64,000 bases of DNA from Amoebophrya sp. A120 (taxonomy: Eukaryota; Protista; Dinoflagellata), in NCBI GenBank assembly GCA_905178155.1, contig CAJINV010000001.1, forward strand, positions 11,512,753 to 11,576,752. Direction: 5' to 3'. Of this stretch, positions 10,896-22,205 are shown one piece after another. Each line of letters begins with the position of its first letter. Position 1 is the first letter of the stretch. The notes beneath the pieces were generated by a model that saw nothing but the letters and a program-made list of their open reading frames with translations, had not been told where the DNA came from and searched no databases. The position numbers were made by a program, and so were the translations under genes.

Positions 10896-11798
10896 TCACT
10901 CCAGGTCGTCCTCCTCCGGAGACCAGCAGCATAGAAGCTGCTGCTCCTGGTCAGAGAATCGCGCAAAGTCATCACTGTATTCGAAAAAGGACAGGCTCCT
11001 AGCCTGAAGAGACCAGCCCTGCCTATTGGAGACCACCGCCACAAGCTTTTGCCGAGCTTTGGCGGCTTTCTTCCTATTCCATGCTAAGCGCGACGTGATC
11101 GCACACGTACGACGTGGCCCATGGCCACTCGTCTCGGCTAGCCTACAGGCAGACATGAACTCGCACTTCGATATCGGAAACAACGTGGCCCAGTTCTCAA
11201 CTGAGCACACCGGGCAAACATTCACCCGGCTCTTCTTACACATGCAGAGCACCTCCATGCGGCGTAGCTGCGAGGTTTTGTCCTTGCGGACCATCAAAGC
11301 TGCTGACCGGGTCACACCTCCCTGCCTACGCAGGAAGACCTGCGAGCGGCTAATCGCCGTCAGGGTGTCGCCACGGATCCCTAGCGCCGAGGCCACTACT
11401 AAAATTTCTTTCTCCCGCTGTGTCATACGGCCCAGGGAAGCCAAAAAGATGGGCGTTGCCTTCTTCGGTTGAAGGTTCTGCGATTTCAAGTACCGGCCGA
11501 TTGCCCGCTGCAGACCGAGGAGCTGCCGGGGGAATAAAATGTTTTTAATTCTTCCCGCCTCCCCTTCTAGCGTCACTGCTGAAGACAGGTAACCCGCCGC
11601 AGAGGTAAACCCCTGGGCCAAAAGAAAAGCGGCAAACTGTCGAAAATCCGCAATCCCAACTTCCCGGGCCTGCTCCAGGCCTTTCTGCACTTTGAACGCC
11701 TGCCATGCTCTTGCGTGAGAAGATTGCGGAGAACGTGTCCCGAAGACACTGGGCGCTGGCCCTCTAAATGAATACGTATGCGGGCGGCCCCGAGCCAT
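10896..11798 (-). CDS. Tyrosine recombinase (~300 aa)
   Basis: N-terminal AW..F...FAAFL..QGFTSAAGYLSS helical domain; catalytic R (LGIRGDTL), K (KDKTS), HxxR (SGHGPRR), W (RQGWS), Y (FFEYS); CxC...CPVC cluster. Confidence 0.85.
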   Translation of the reverse strand: MARGRPHTYSFRGPAPSVFGTRSPQSSHARAWQAFKVQKGLEQAREVGIADFRQFAAFLLAQGFTSAAGYLSSAVTLEGEAGRIKNILFPRQLLGLQRAIGRYLKSQNLQPKKATPIFLASLGRMTQREKEILVVASALGIRGDTLTAISRSQVFLRRQGGVTRSAALMVRKDKTSQLRRMEVLCMCKKSRVNVCPVCSVENWATLFPISKCEFMSACRLAETSGHGPRRTCAITSRLAWNRKKAAKARQKLVAVVSNRQGWSLQARSLSFFEYSDDFARFSDQEQQLLCCWSPEEDDLE

Positions 11799-14239
11799 GT
11801 TTGCAATCAAAGTTGTGATAGACAAGGTAAGACAAATCCACACATCGCCCTAACGGCACCTACTGAGACTTAGATCTGGAAAGGAACGGACCACTATCTG
11901 CCCTCAAAAGCACTACAGCAGCCTGGTAGTAGAAGAGAAAGAGAGAAAGGTTGACTTGGCGCGGGGCCTCAGAAGCGACCTAGCTACCCGAGCCCTACAT
12001 CTAACATTCCGCACACTGTCGGATCCAATTTCCGATCTAACACTCTGAGCGCGTATCCTTTGTTTTTGAAGACCTTCCTTCATTTGAGCAAAAATAAACA
12101 GAGCCTCAAGCTCTTCAAAGACAAGTACTCACCTGCCGCGCAGTTGAAGCATGAGTATCAGAAAACTTCCATGTCTCTACGAAGACATGGATTGAAAAAG
12201 AAATCGTAGCAACCTGCTGTGGCCTTGCTGGCCCTAACTCACAATGGCTTTCGCGCCCACGCTAAACTGCCCCCGCTGGGGCCACCCTCTATGGTGAGAA
12301 AAAAGGAATAAACTCCCCCCGCTGGGGGATGCCCTCACTGGCGCCACCTACTTCGGTGTAGAACAAAAGGGCAAAAATTCACCTAAACCTACGTCCCCCA
12401 GACGCACATATCGATGACTCTACATCGCTCCTCCCCACTCTAGGGGAGGAGATCGCAAACGTGCAATAGCTTCTACGGATCTGCCAGCCGATATAGTGCG
12501 AACGGGGGACCCCAAATCCCAGTTACTACACGAAAAGGATCTACCGAGGTAGATATGTCATTAAAAAATTGAAACTGTATATATGAGTAATTCTTGATCA
12601 AATTCATGCGAGCGCTTTCTCGCTGCGTCGCTATCTTCATGACCTTCACGAAGATTTATAATGAGGCGAGGGCGAAAAGCTAAACGAGAAAAAAAGTCAA
12701 AGGAACAGGAGACAGACAGCACTTCCTCTATTTTTTTCCGCGTTACGTTGACGCCTCACGTCGGCCGTTTTGCTCAACTCGACCTCGCAGCAGCGCCTGC
12801 CTCTCCTTCATTTATCTCGTCGCTTTACTACGAAGAAAAGTTTAAGTTGAAGCTACTCGGCAGCTCGATATTATTCTCTCAGGGCTCGAAGCAGCCAGGG
12901 GAAAAAGACATCCCCGCAAAGAAAAGGCATCGACATCTTTCATTAAAGGTACACCTACACGTATAGGCCTACCGGCGGCAACCTAGCACTACGTATCTTC
13001 GGCGAAAAAAGTCGCATCAGCTTCACCGTCACCTTTTTCTTACTCTCCGCCTGCTTGGCTACAAGAGCCGGGTTTTGAATTTATGAGTACTCCTCTCGTG
13101 TAGTCTTTGCTCGTCGAACTCATGAAGCGCCCCTATAATTCATCACATGGATTTTTTTTTAGCCGCATCCACTCAGCAGCAAGTAAGTCCTGGCACTTTC
13201 AGTTGTTTTTCAGCTGTAACACTAGAACGCACACGATAAAAATGAAAGAGGCGACGCGTTTGGTACTAAATAAAGCTGCAGTAACGACAACGATTCACAG
13301 CGAAAGAACGACGAAAATTAATGACGACCTCGGCGAGGTTTCTACTTCTGCTTCTATCTACTCAAAATAACCAAACTCTTTTCTAGCGGATTTTTCATGT
13401 GCGAAATTGTCGAAAGCGGGAAAGAACAATACGGTAGTCTTTTACAGAAGATTATCATCAAGATATTATTTTCGTGTTCGTCGCTCTCATGGTCATACAG
13501 TCTTTGTTTCCTTTGCAATTGGCGCACGAGAATGGGCTGTGTATTTCAAACAGACAAAGTTATGCGCATATGATTGTTCTCCGGCTTTTCCAGCAATCAA
13601 GCCTGGAATGGTGTCAACACTAATCATTAAACTTTTACTTTCTTCCTTAGAAGGGTCAACTGTACTTTTACTTTAATCTGTGTTCTCTACTGAATGTCAA
13701 TCCAGAGCATTTTATTGCGTCAGAAGTGGATGAAGGTTGATTTCTTGTTAGCGTGAAAACTATTGTGGGAGCTGCAAAAACTGCCATGAGTCATGCAGAC
13801 CTATGCTGGCCTGGTGGCCTTATCACCTCCTGCGGACCTACTAACTTCTCAAGCGACGCTGCCAAGATTTTCGTCAGGCACTCCGGAATGCCTGCTGCCC
13901 TGCGTGTTTGTACTGGCTGTCCCCTGTGTATCCGGGTCGGGGGGTATGAACTTCCAGAAAACTATTACGGCCGGCGCTTGCAGAAAAGAGGTGTGCTTCT
14001 CCTCCTGTGCGTACTTGTTGGAACAAGGGCATTAGCGCTAATGCTAAACAATCAGCTACAGAAAGTCACTATGCGTAACACGCAACGATTGCCCATGGGC
14101 GAGGACGACTGCTGTTGAGTGGTGGTAGCTAGTGAATCTACTTATCCATCCAACCGAAATCCACCGACGTAATCATACGTCTTTCGCTGAAGTAGAACAA
14201 GTCCTTTTACTACAACACGCCACCCGTTTTTTGTTCCCA

Positions 14240-17200
14240 TCAGGTACTTGTGCGCGTGGGCACCGTTTCTATATTGAACGCATCCGCCGCATTATCGCCT
14301 TTGTAACTGCTCGAGTCTTCGTCTATCCCGACTGCGTTCCCCGTTGCTCCAGGCGACGAGTTCAGGAGCGTTGCTTGGCCGCCGCCAAGGCGCGCCGTGC
14401 TACTTCGTTCCTCTGCTAGACTACCACCCCCTGGCTGCAATGCCGACCGGTCGAGTGGGTCCGGGAGCGGGTGCGTGCCGGGTTTCTGCGGCTTCAGCTC
14501 GATGTAGCTGAGATTCTTCCGCTCGTGGTACATCTGGACGTGCAGCGGTGTGGGGAAGAAGAGCATGTTTGCGCCCTCGATGAGGAAATCCGGCAAAAGA
14601 CAGACCATCACCGCACCGAAGGTGACTATCCACCCGGAAGCCGACCCGTAGATCGCGGACATCATGTCGTATACGTTCCACTGGAAAATCTGCGCGAACC
14701 ATTCCGTCTGCGTCATGAAAGCCAAACACGCGAAGTAGAAGAAGAGGTTGAAGATCAAGATCCCGAGGGAAAGCTTGATCCATTTCGTCGTGATAACCAG
14801 CAGTCTCAGGTTGACTACAATCACCATGCAGCTGAACATAAGCACGGAGCACCACCAGAATCCGCCGACGACACCGGTGCTGTCGTAGGCGGTGGAGCCG
14901 TAGCCAAAGAAGGGAATGACGAAGCAGACAAACCCGTGGTACATGGCGAGAAACACCCACTGGCCGAACACACGGGCGTTGAAGAACACGCGGTGCGGCC
15001 CGGCTTGGTACAAATACGGGTTGGCCCGGGCAACCGCACCGCTCACGTCCCCGTCGAAAGAAAATGAGAAGATGGAGGCAAAACTCGTCCACAGGCCGTT
15101 GTAGCAGGTGGAAAACCAAGTCGGAAAAATGACTTGCCCGCTGTAACCCGCAAACGCCGTCCAATACGCGTCGCACATCGTCAAAGCGATGTTCTGCAAA
15201 GCAAATAGAAATTATATTTTTGTCGGGTTGTATAAACTAACTAAATACGTACTAAATACGTGATGCTGCATGTGTGCTAAATACGTGACTTGGTTTTTTT
15301 TGTTTGTGTACTAAATACGTGATGCTGCATGCTGTCATGCAAGTCAGGAAATAAAACGTGCTCTTGAACAACATGCGATAGAGCTCATGTAGTTGCAACA
15401 TCACCGATCAAAACTCCATCAACATCTCTACGGTAAAAATAAGTACCTTGTAGAAGTAGTAGCACATAAATGTCGCTACTCGTCGATACGCTCCCCTGCC
15501 GTGGTCGAGAATCAGTGGCTCTAGAAAGCGGAACTGTGAGATGGCGAAATCACTTGCCTGCACGGCTTGGGTGCCTTCTACGCCACGGATTCCCACACCG
15601 ACGTGAGCTTCCTGAATCATCGCAACATCGTTGGCGCCGTCACCTTGAAAAAAAAAGACATGATGGGAAATAAACGACGTCTTCGATAGCTTGTACAAAA
15701 CTGTTCACAAAAAACGCGGACGCTAATGCAAGATTCTGATTCGGTGAGAAAGAGAAAGACAAGAACATGCGGGAATGGGAACTGCAACTAACAAGCACTC
15801 CAATACTACAGGCGTCTACACTATTTCAGAGCAGGATCTAACCAAGCGCCGGCTACAACGAGCTAAATTGATACCGATGCTCAGCGTGATAACTTCTGGC
15901 AAATTTTGTCGGATCACCTTGACGACAAAGGCTTTCTGCTTGGGTGCTACTCGGCAGCAAATCACGGCTTTCGCCGCCATGACCACCCGGAAAAAGAGCT
16001 TGATGAGCGCGACATCGCCCGACCCGGTAATCGCGGTCATCGTATCTCCGTCAAGTGCAAGGCCCACGCTTGCTCCGGCGGTGGATACTTGGAGCACATC
16101 CGTCAGGGCTTCCTCGATCTTTTTGACCTAAAAAGCGGTACTCACGACAGTATTTCTTATCTACGTATACATTTTGCGATGCCGATCGTGTAGTTCAAGT
16201 TCTTCATGGTGATTACATCTTCACGGCGAGCAAGAAATACGTGAGTCGACTTCGCCTCCAAGATTGATTTCTACTGTTCGCGTCCAAGACAAACGCTTGA
16301 GCGTCTCTCTGTGTTGTTGTTCACACAGTCACCAAAAAAGAAACAGTACTGAGTACCTGATCCAGCCCGGTCAACTTTTTGATCACCATTGATTTGTCCA
16401 ACAATCGACAGCTGAAACCTATGTCAATAGCGGTCTCCACTTTGTCGCCCGTGAGTACCCAAACACGAATCTGTGCGGAACGCAGCGTTGCGATGGCCTC
16501 CGGGACCCCTTCCTGCAGCATGTCTTCCACGGCCGTGATGCCTACGTACTGCAGCTCTGTTTCGACTTCCGCCGCGCAAGCCGCTATCAGCTTCTCCTTG
16601 TTGTCTAGCGCGATGCTGGCCTTGTGAAACCGGTCTGCCCACCCGTCGTACCACGCGGAGCCGCCGGCTTCTTCGGCGTCGGGCCGCAGGTCCTTCAGGG
16701 TCTTTTTCGCGCACACCAAGGTTCGCAGACCCTCGCTCGCAAACGCCACGAGCTGGTCGTGCGTCACCGGATCTATGTTTATGTTCGTGCGTGTCTTCTC
16801 CACGCCGGGCCGCGACGCTCCGACGGTGTCGCCGGCCTTGTTTCGGGATTCCAACAAAGGTAGTACCGTCATGTCCGCGCCTTTGGTCATGATCTCTATC
16901 TTCTGCTCGGTTTTGTTTTCTACTATCACGGACATGCGCTTGCGATCGCTGTCAAACTCCAGCACCCCGTGCACCTTGTACTCCCGTATTGCGCCGTCCG
17001 CAAGTTCCACGGTCAGTTCGCCGTTTAGCGACTTCGTAAGCCTTACGCCAGCCGCAGCGGCGCCCTGCACAAGCGCAACTTCATCAGGGCTGCTGCCCTG
17101 GTACTTGCCGCTCTCTGGGTCGATCACCACGGCGTGGCAAACAGAAAGTAGAAGGAAATAGTCGAGCGCCGCCTTGTTTCCTGTTTGATGTTGTAATACA

Positions 17201-20063
17201 TCCGATGAACATCGACTGCAAAGTCAAAAATTTAAAAGAAAACGCACGGCACCATGAAGAAAAATCATTTTCGGAAGCTAAAAATTACGACTTTGCGTGA
17301 GAGCTACAAAAACTTCGCGTTTGCGGCCCAGCATACGCTCGTGTTTCATTTGAATAACGGCGGTATACTCAATTTATAAAATTAACTGAAAAAATCGATT
17401 ACACTTCGCCACTATCCGCTCGTGATTCCATTTTCCATTCTAAAAATATTAAAAAAAAGATCTTTCAGAAATGATCGAAAACGCACGGTACCCTAATTTA
17501 CCACAAATACACTTCGTACTTGTCAAGCCTACGCTACGCTTTCAACTGGATCGCGTCGTAATTAGGTATAGTTGCATCCCAATACACGAAAATACCTTTT
17601 TCGAAAATGTCTTTGTAGGGCTCTTCGTCGCCGACGATTCCGTATACAACTGATGGTTTTGCAACTCCTGCACCAGCCACAACCGCGTTCTCGTCTTCCG
17701 CGGCGGCTAGTCTTTTCCGTGCCTCTTCCAGCGCCTGGTTCGTTGGTGGTCCGTACACTTTCCCCTCTACGCTTCCGCGCACGTACTCCATTTTGTTGCA
17801 GGTGAGCGTGCCCGTTTTGTCTGAAAACACAATCTCCACCTGCCCGAGTTCCTCCATCAGGTCCGAGTTACGGCACAGCGCGTCGCCCGTCTCGTGCTTC
17901 ATGGACTCGTCTGTCGTCACGAAATAGGCCAAAATCAACTTCGTGACCTCCATATCAAATGTAAAAATGTCTGGGTCTGGAAGAATGCAAGATTTGTGAT
18001 GCAGGTTTTCCATGACGCATGAGGTCTCGAATGCGAGATCCAGCATGACAGATTCTCTGAGGTCTCTATCACGCCTTTCCTGCATGAGAAACTCCCTCTC
18101 AACTTGGTCAAAAGCGGACAGCTTTTGGCACTCACGCAACACAGATTTTTGCATCATTCAGATTTAGCATGACAAGTTCTAATCTTCCAGACCCAGACAT
18201 TTTTACATTTGATACTCCAACGCGACGTACAAACTCATCGGAATCAAGTGCGAAAACGTCACGATGAAAACGCCAACCTGAAGTAGACCGTGATTTCGAT
18301 TTCGTAATTCGAAAAAACACATGAAATCTTCGAAGTTGACTTTGTGCAAGTGGTCGTGGATCCTCTTCCTGCAGAGCCAACATTGATTTCTTAGTCTTTG
18401 CATTGAAGCACGACAATATAATCCTACTCATACTCCAACAAAAGTATGAGACCATCCAATCGTTCTTGAGTTGCAGCAATGAATTACGTCTACGGTTACG
18501 AAAAGGTGGAACCTTTATAACGAATCCGTAGAAGGACGTGTCAAATTCTCCCTTCCCGTCGGTGTCTTTAATCTGGAGGTAGTCCGCTCCGGAGTCTTTG
18601 TACTTGCTTTCCCAGGCCATGGCGCAGATTGCGCAGGCGACGACTGTGATGAAGAGGATAAGGAACAGCCCGTAGAGGAGTTTGTTCAACACATGCTGCA
18701 TATTGGGCATCTTCGCGGGGGCCTCACGACTGTTCAGCATTGCCTTGGTGTCCCCGCCGGTGTAGACCGCAAGGCCGAACACACTGTCCGTGTTGCGGAG
18801 CGTGCAACCGCGGAAGATGATGTTGTCCAAGTTCAGTGGCGTGCTGGGCCTCTCGCCTACTTTGAAGCTTCCCTTGAAAACTGTCATGTTCTCGTGCGGG
18901 GGCTCAACAAGAACCTGTCGTTGGAATGCAACGCGTTGAATGACAAGAGAGTTGAGTGAGCGCTACACAGAAACAAAAAAATACGACTTCTAACTACGAG
19001 TAGTCGTGTCAAAAAACGAAATGGCAATTTGCGTTTTTTTCCTTGCTTTAAAGAAGAGAAACAACGCACCGCAATGAAACTGAACTCAAAACTAACCGCG
19101 CACCGCCAATTTTTGCAGGTCGTGGCTCGTCTCCGTCATTTCTGCTAAGTCTGGTGGCGCGAGCTTCAACTTCAGATTTGTTTCGCCGTCCAGATTTTTG
19201 GTGTCAATGTAGCAGTGCCCGCCACCATGGGAGGTGGACATCAGCACCAAATCGACGGGCACGCCCTCGTCCTTTTTCACTTTCACGATATCGTGCGCTT
19301 TCACCTCCGCCCACGCCATCAATTTCCAGGTTCCGTTCTTTTGCAGTACCTCGGTTTGTCGCTCATTCTCCTTCTTGTCGGACTTTTCACGCTGGTAGTC
19401 TTCGTATCGATCTTTAGCCGCGGTCCAACAGAGCACGAAAAGAAACGTGAGTACCTGGTGGTGGTTTCGCTTTGCTTTCAGAAGTGAAGAAAGCCTGGGT
19501 GACAAAGTCATGTACGTAGTACAGCTAATACCTCTGTGTTGTATCTACTTTCTAAAATCGAAATCTATCGTTACTGTTGGCGCCGGCATCTTCGGGGAGA
19601 ATGGCATCATCTGCAAAACACAGATGATTGCGAAGTAGATGTTCGCGGACCGTCGAAACTGGAAATACACCGAATGCGGCAGCCACAGAGCGATGTAGCT
19701 CGAAAAGCGCTGCGTGCGAATCCGATTGTCCTCCTTGTAGGGGAGCGGCTCCTTCTCGTTGAACTGAGACGATATCCTTGGTCGCATATTTCGCCCGTGC
19801 GTTTCTTTTGGCTTCAGCCAACCGACAGATTCCCGCACACTTCTTGACAACCTTGAGGGTAACGGATCTTTGTGTTCCAGGTAGTCCGCGACCGTTTCCT
19901 CTTTCTGCGGCCCGAGTCCCAAACTAGACGCGACCGCGCCGGACACGCTGGCGCGTGACGAAGCCGTTTTTTCCAAGAAGCTCGTGCGCCGCGGTGTCAT
20001 CTCGGCAGACGACGTGGGGTCGTGATGATCCCCAGGCGTCGAGACCGAAAGGTGCGAAGACAT
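14240..20063 (-). CDS. P4-type ATPase (phospholipid flippase), 9 exons
   Basis: [115 protein letters not shown]. Introns: 15194-15446, 15644-15874, 16128-16356, 17181-17595, 17949-18215 (introner), 18278-18512, ~18915-19100 (ends uncertain), 19455-19574. Confidence 0.96.
15241..15331. repeat. Local intronic duplications
   Basis: ctaaatacgt four times (15241, 15252, 15277, 15311); 24-bp exact duplicate gtactaaatacgtgatgctgcatg at 15249-15272 and 15308-15331. Confidence 0.85.
17953..18214. mobile_element. TIR element/introner copy 2 (262 bp) inside the P4-ATPase conserved SLYVALE|VTK motif
   Basis: Perfect 32-bp TIR tatcaaatgtaaaaatgtctgggtctggaaga; perfect TSD ctcca at 17948-17952 and 18215-18219; in-frame TAA inside; removing element plus one TSD restores [15 protein letters not shown]. 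Confidence 0.95.
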
Positions 20064-21192
20064 TTTCGTAGTAAGTTGTACAACTATGTGACCTGAAAAT
20101 TCGCTCCGGCAGTCTGCAACCAGAGGCGGGCAACAAGAGGCCCACACAACCACAAGGTCGCGCTACCAAAGGCGGCCTTCACGGAGCAGGTCGGGGTGGT
20201 CGTAGGCCTCTGCACACCGGGGACCAGCCGCTACCGTTTCTTGGTTCAAGACCAACCTGCTTCTGTCATGATCTGCGAGGAGAGTCATTCGCAACAAGAT
20301 CAACAGAAGCAGCTAAGCAGTGGAAGATAATCATGGTAGCTCAACTTTATTCCCGGATAGTGATACTACCGATAGGTACGAGTCACAGGATCTTACATCA
20401 ATCGCTTTATTGCCAAGAACCGCGCCTTCCACTTCATCACAATAGCACAATAGCGGTGATAGTTCTTGCATGTGCGTCACCTCAGTTGCGTCGAATCACG
20501 ACAAACATAAAAAACCTAAACCACATTTCTCTACGTACTACAAAGGTAAGTAAACTCTAACTGGATGGAGGGACCGACTCCTTCCCTCCTTGTCAGAAGA
20601 AAAAAAAACGACGGATGTTGCAGCCGAGGTTCATTCCGATCGTTTTTCTTTTTGTTCGTAATCAAGCAAAAAAAGACTAACCAAAACAGATTCTGATGCC
20701 ACAAACACATTGGTGGAGCTAGTGTTTTTCTTTCTACACCACCAGCCGAATCTGATTCTGTCGAATTCGAGAAACAAAAAAAATCAAGACGAACAGCCCA
20801 CGTTTTTAACGTTGGATAGCGTCAAACCTATGCCTTTGAAAAGAGGCTGGCAGGAAACAGCACCTCCGCTGGAAGTAAAGTATCGACATCCATCGCTTGT
20901 GCCCTTCCGGCTTCCATTTCCGCTGTTGATGAAACGTTTCTACAAATCAAAAAACAAGCATTTTTAGTGCAGCTTGTTTTTGAAAGTAGAATGATCGAGA
21001 ATGGCATTTTTATTACACAGAAACAACGTATTTTTCTTCGAAACAAAAAAATCCAGCGCAAGCTTCTCGGCGTATCGCTCAGTTTGTTTTTGTTACAGCT
21101 CAGTTTTAGAAGTTGTACCAGCTACCAAAGAACAAAAGTAACATCAAGCTCTGCTATTCATAAGAAACGAAAACGAAATAGTGCTGCTCTGC

Positions 21193-22205
21193 TCACTCTT
21201 CAGGCTCTTCCTCCTCTACATCTTCGCCCTGTGCTTCACCTTCCCCCGGCGTCTGCTCGTGCTCTCCGTCCGCTTCGAAAAATGTGTTGGTGCTCGGATT
21301 TCGCAGGTAAGCATTCGTGTACACCTGCTCGGCCATGTCCTTCCCACCCTTGCTTCCTATCTGCAGAAATGTAGTTGTGTAGGCAGCGGAGTTGCAGTTG
21401 GCATTTGAAATGCGAACTTGTTGCCGTTCCAGGGTGGTTCTGCCGTTGTAAAACTGCGTTGGTCGAAGACGGGCGGCGGAATTTGTACTTGAGCTTGACC
21501 CCGTCCAAGACCGGACCGAAGGGACGAGCTCTTTTACTGCAGGAGCCTGGTTGCCGAAGCCGAGATGAGACTCCTGCTTGTTCCACCGAGCAATAATGTG
21601 ATGCATTTTTCCTCGACGTTGCATGTAGTTCGCGCCGTCGCGTGGATGCAAAAGCGGGGTATCTGCACCAGTCGAAGGGGATGCTAAAAATGAACTTCGT
21701 CCAATTTCGAGAAAGCTGTTTACATTCTTCGCTCGGGACAACAGATCATCCACGGTTGGGCCGCCGGTGACGCTGTTTCCCGCGGCTGCCTCCTGAGGAG
21801 AGCCGGGCGGTGGCGTGGTGTAGGTCGCCAGGCCGGCTTTGGGCAAGGTGGGGATAGCGCTCGGAAAGTGCGGCACGGGAACGGTGTAAACGAATTTCTC
21901 TAAATTTTTCGCAACCTGCGCAATCTTCTCGGCGGCCAGGTTGATCCGGATCGCCAGGTTGGTTGCGTCCTCCTTCAACGGCTTTACTGCCCACTGCGCT
22001 GCCTGCTCTATGAAGAAAAGAAAAAACTACACGCCAGTGCACTATCAGTTCGTGTCCCAATACTTACTATGACTATCAATGCAAAAAATCTAAATCAGTC
22101 TTGAAGAGAACTGATAGGGCTAACATGATTTTTTGTCTTCTTCATATGAGCTAGGTCCAGGGCGTTGGCCGCCATCTTCGTGGAAATGGAGAGATCGACC
22201 GGCAT
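21193..22205 (-). CDS. Hypothetical protein, probably 2 or more exons, with SFLE/SFLA/TFLQ motifs
   Basis: 261-aa ORF with coding-like composition; upstream segment MPVDLS...KNH can be joined through a GT-AG intron at ~22006-22124; true start unknown. Confidence 0.5.

Larger units (their letters stand above)
5620..12555 (-). mobile_element. Tyrosine-recombinase (DIRS/Ngaro/VIPER class) retrotransposon, order YR-Gag-RT/RH; boundaries approximate
   Basis: Three co-oriented intronless ORFs carrying YR, CCCH-finger and RT/RNase H motifs; composition shifts from host-like DNA near 5620 and 12555; no LTR, ITR or split direct repeat seen by eye. Confidence 0.82.

Noticed and set aside
17953-18157. 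~65-codon open frame inside introner copies 2 and 3 (…ESVML…LPDPD)
   Set aside because: Differences between the copies are largely non-synonymous and copy 3 has a stop right after the ATG, so it looks like a chance frame, not a transposase remnant
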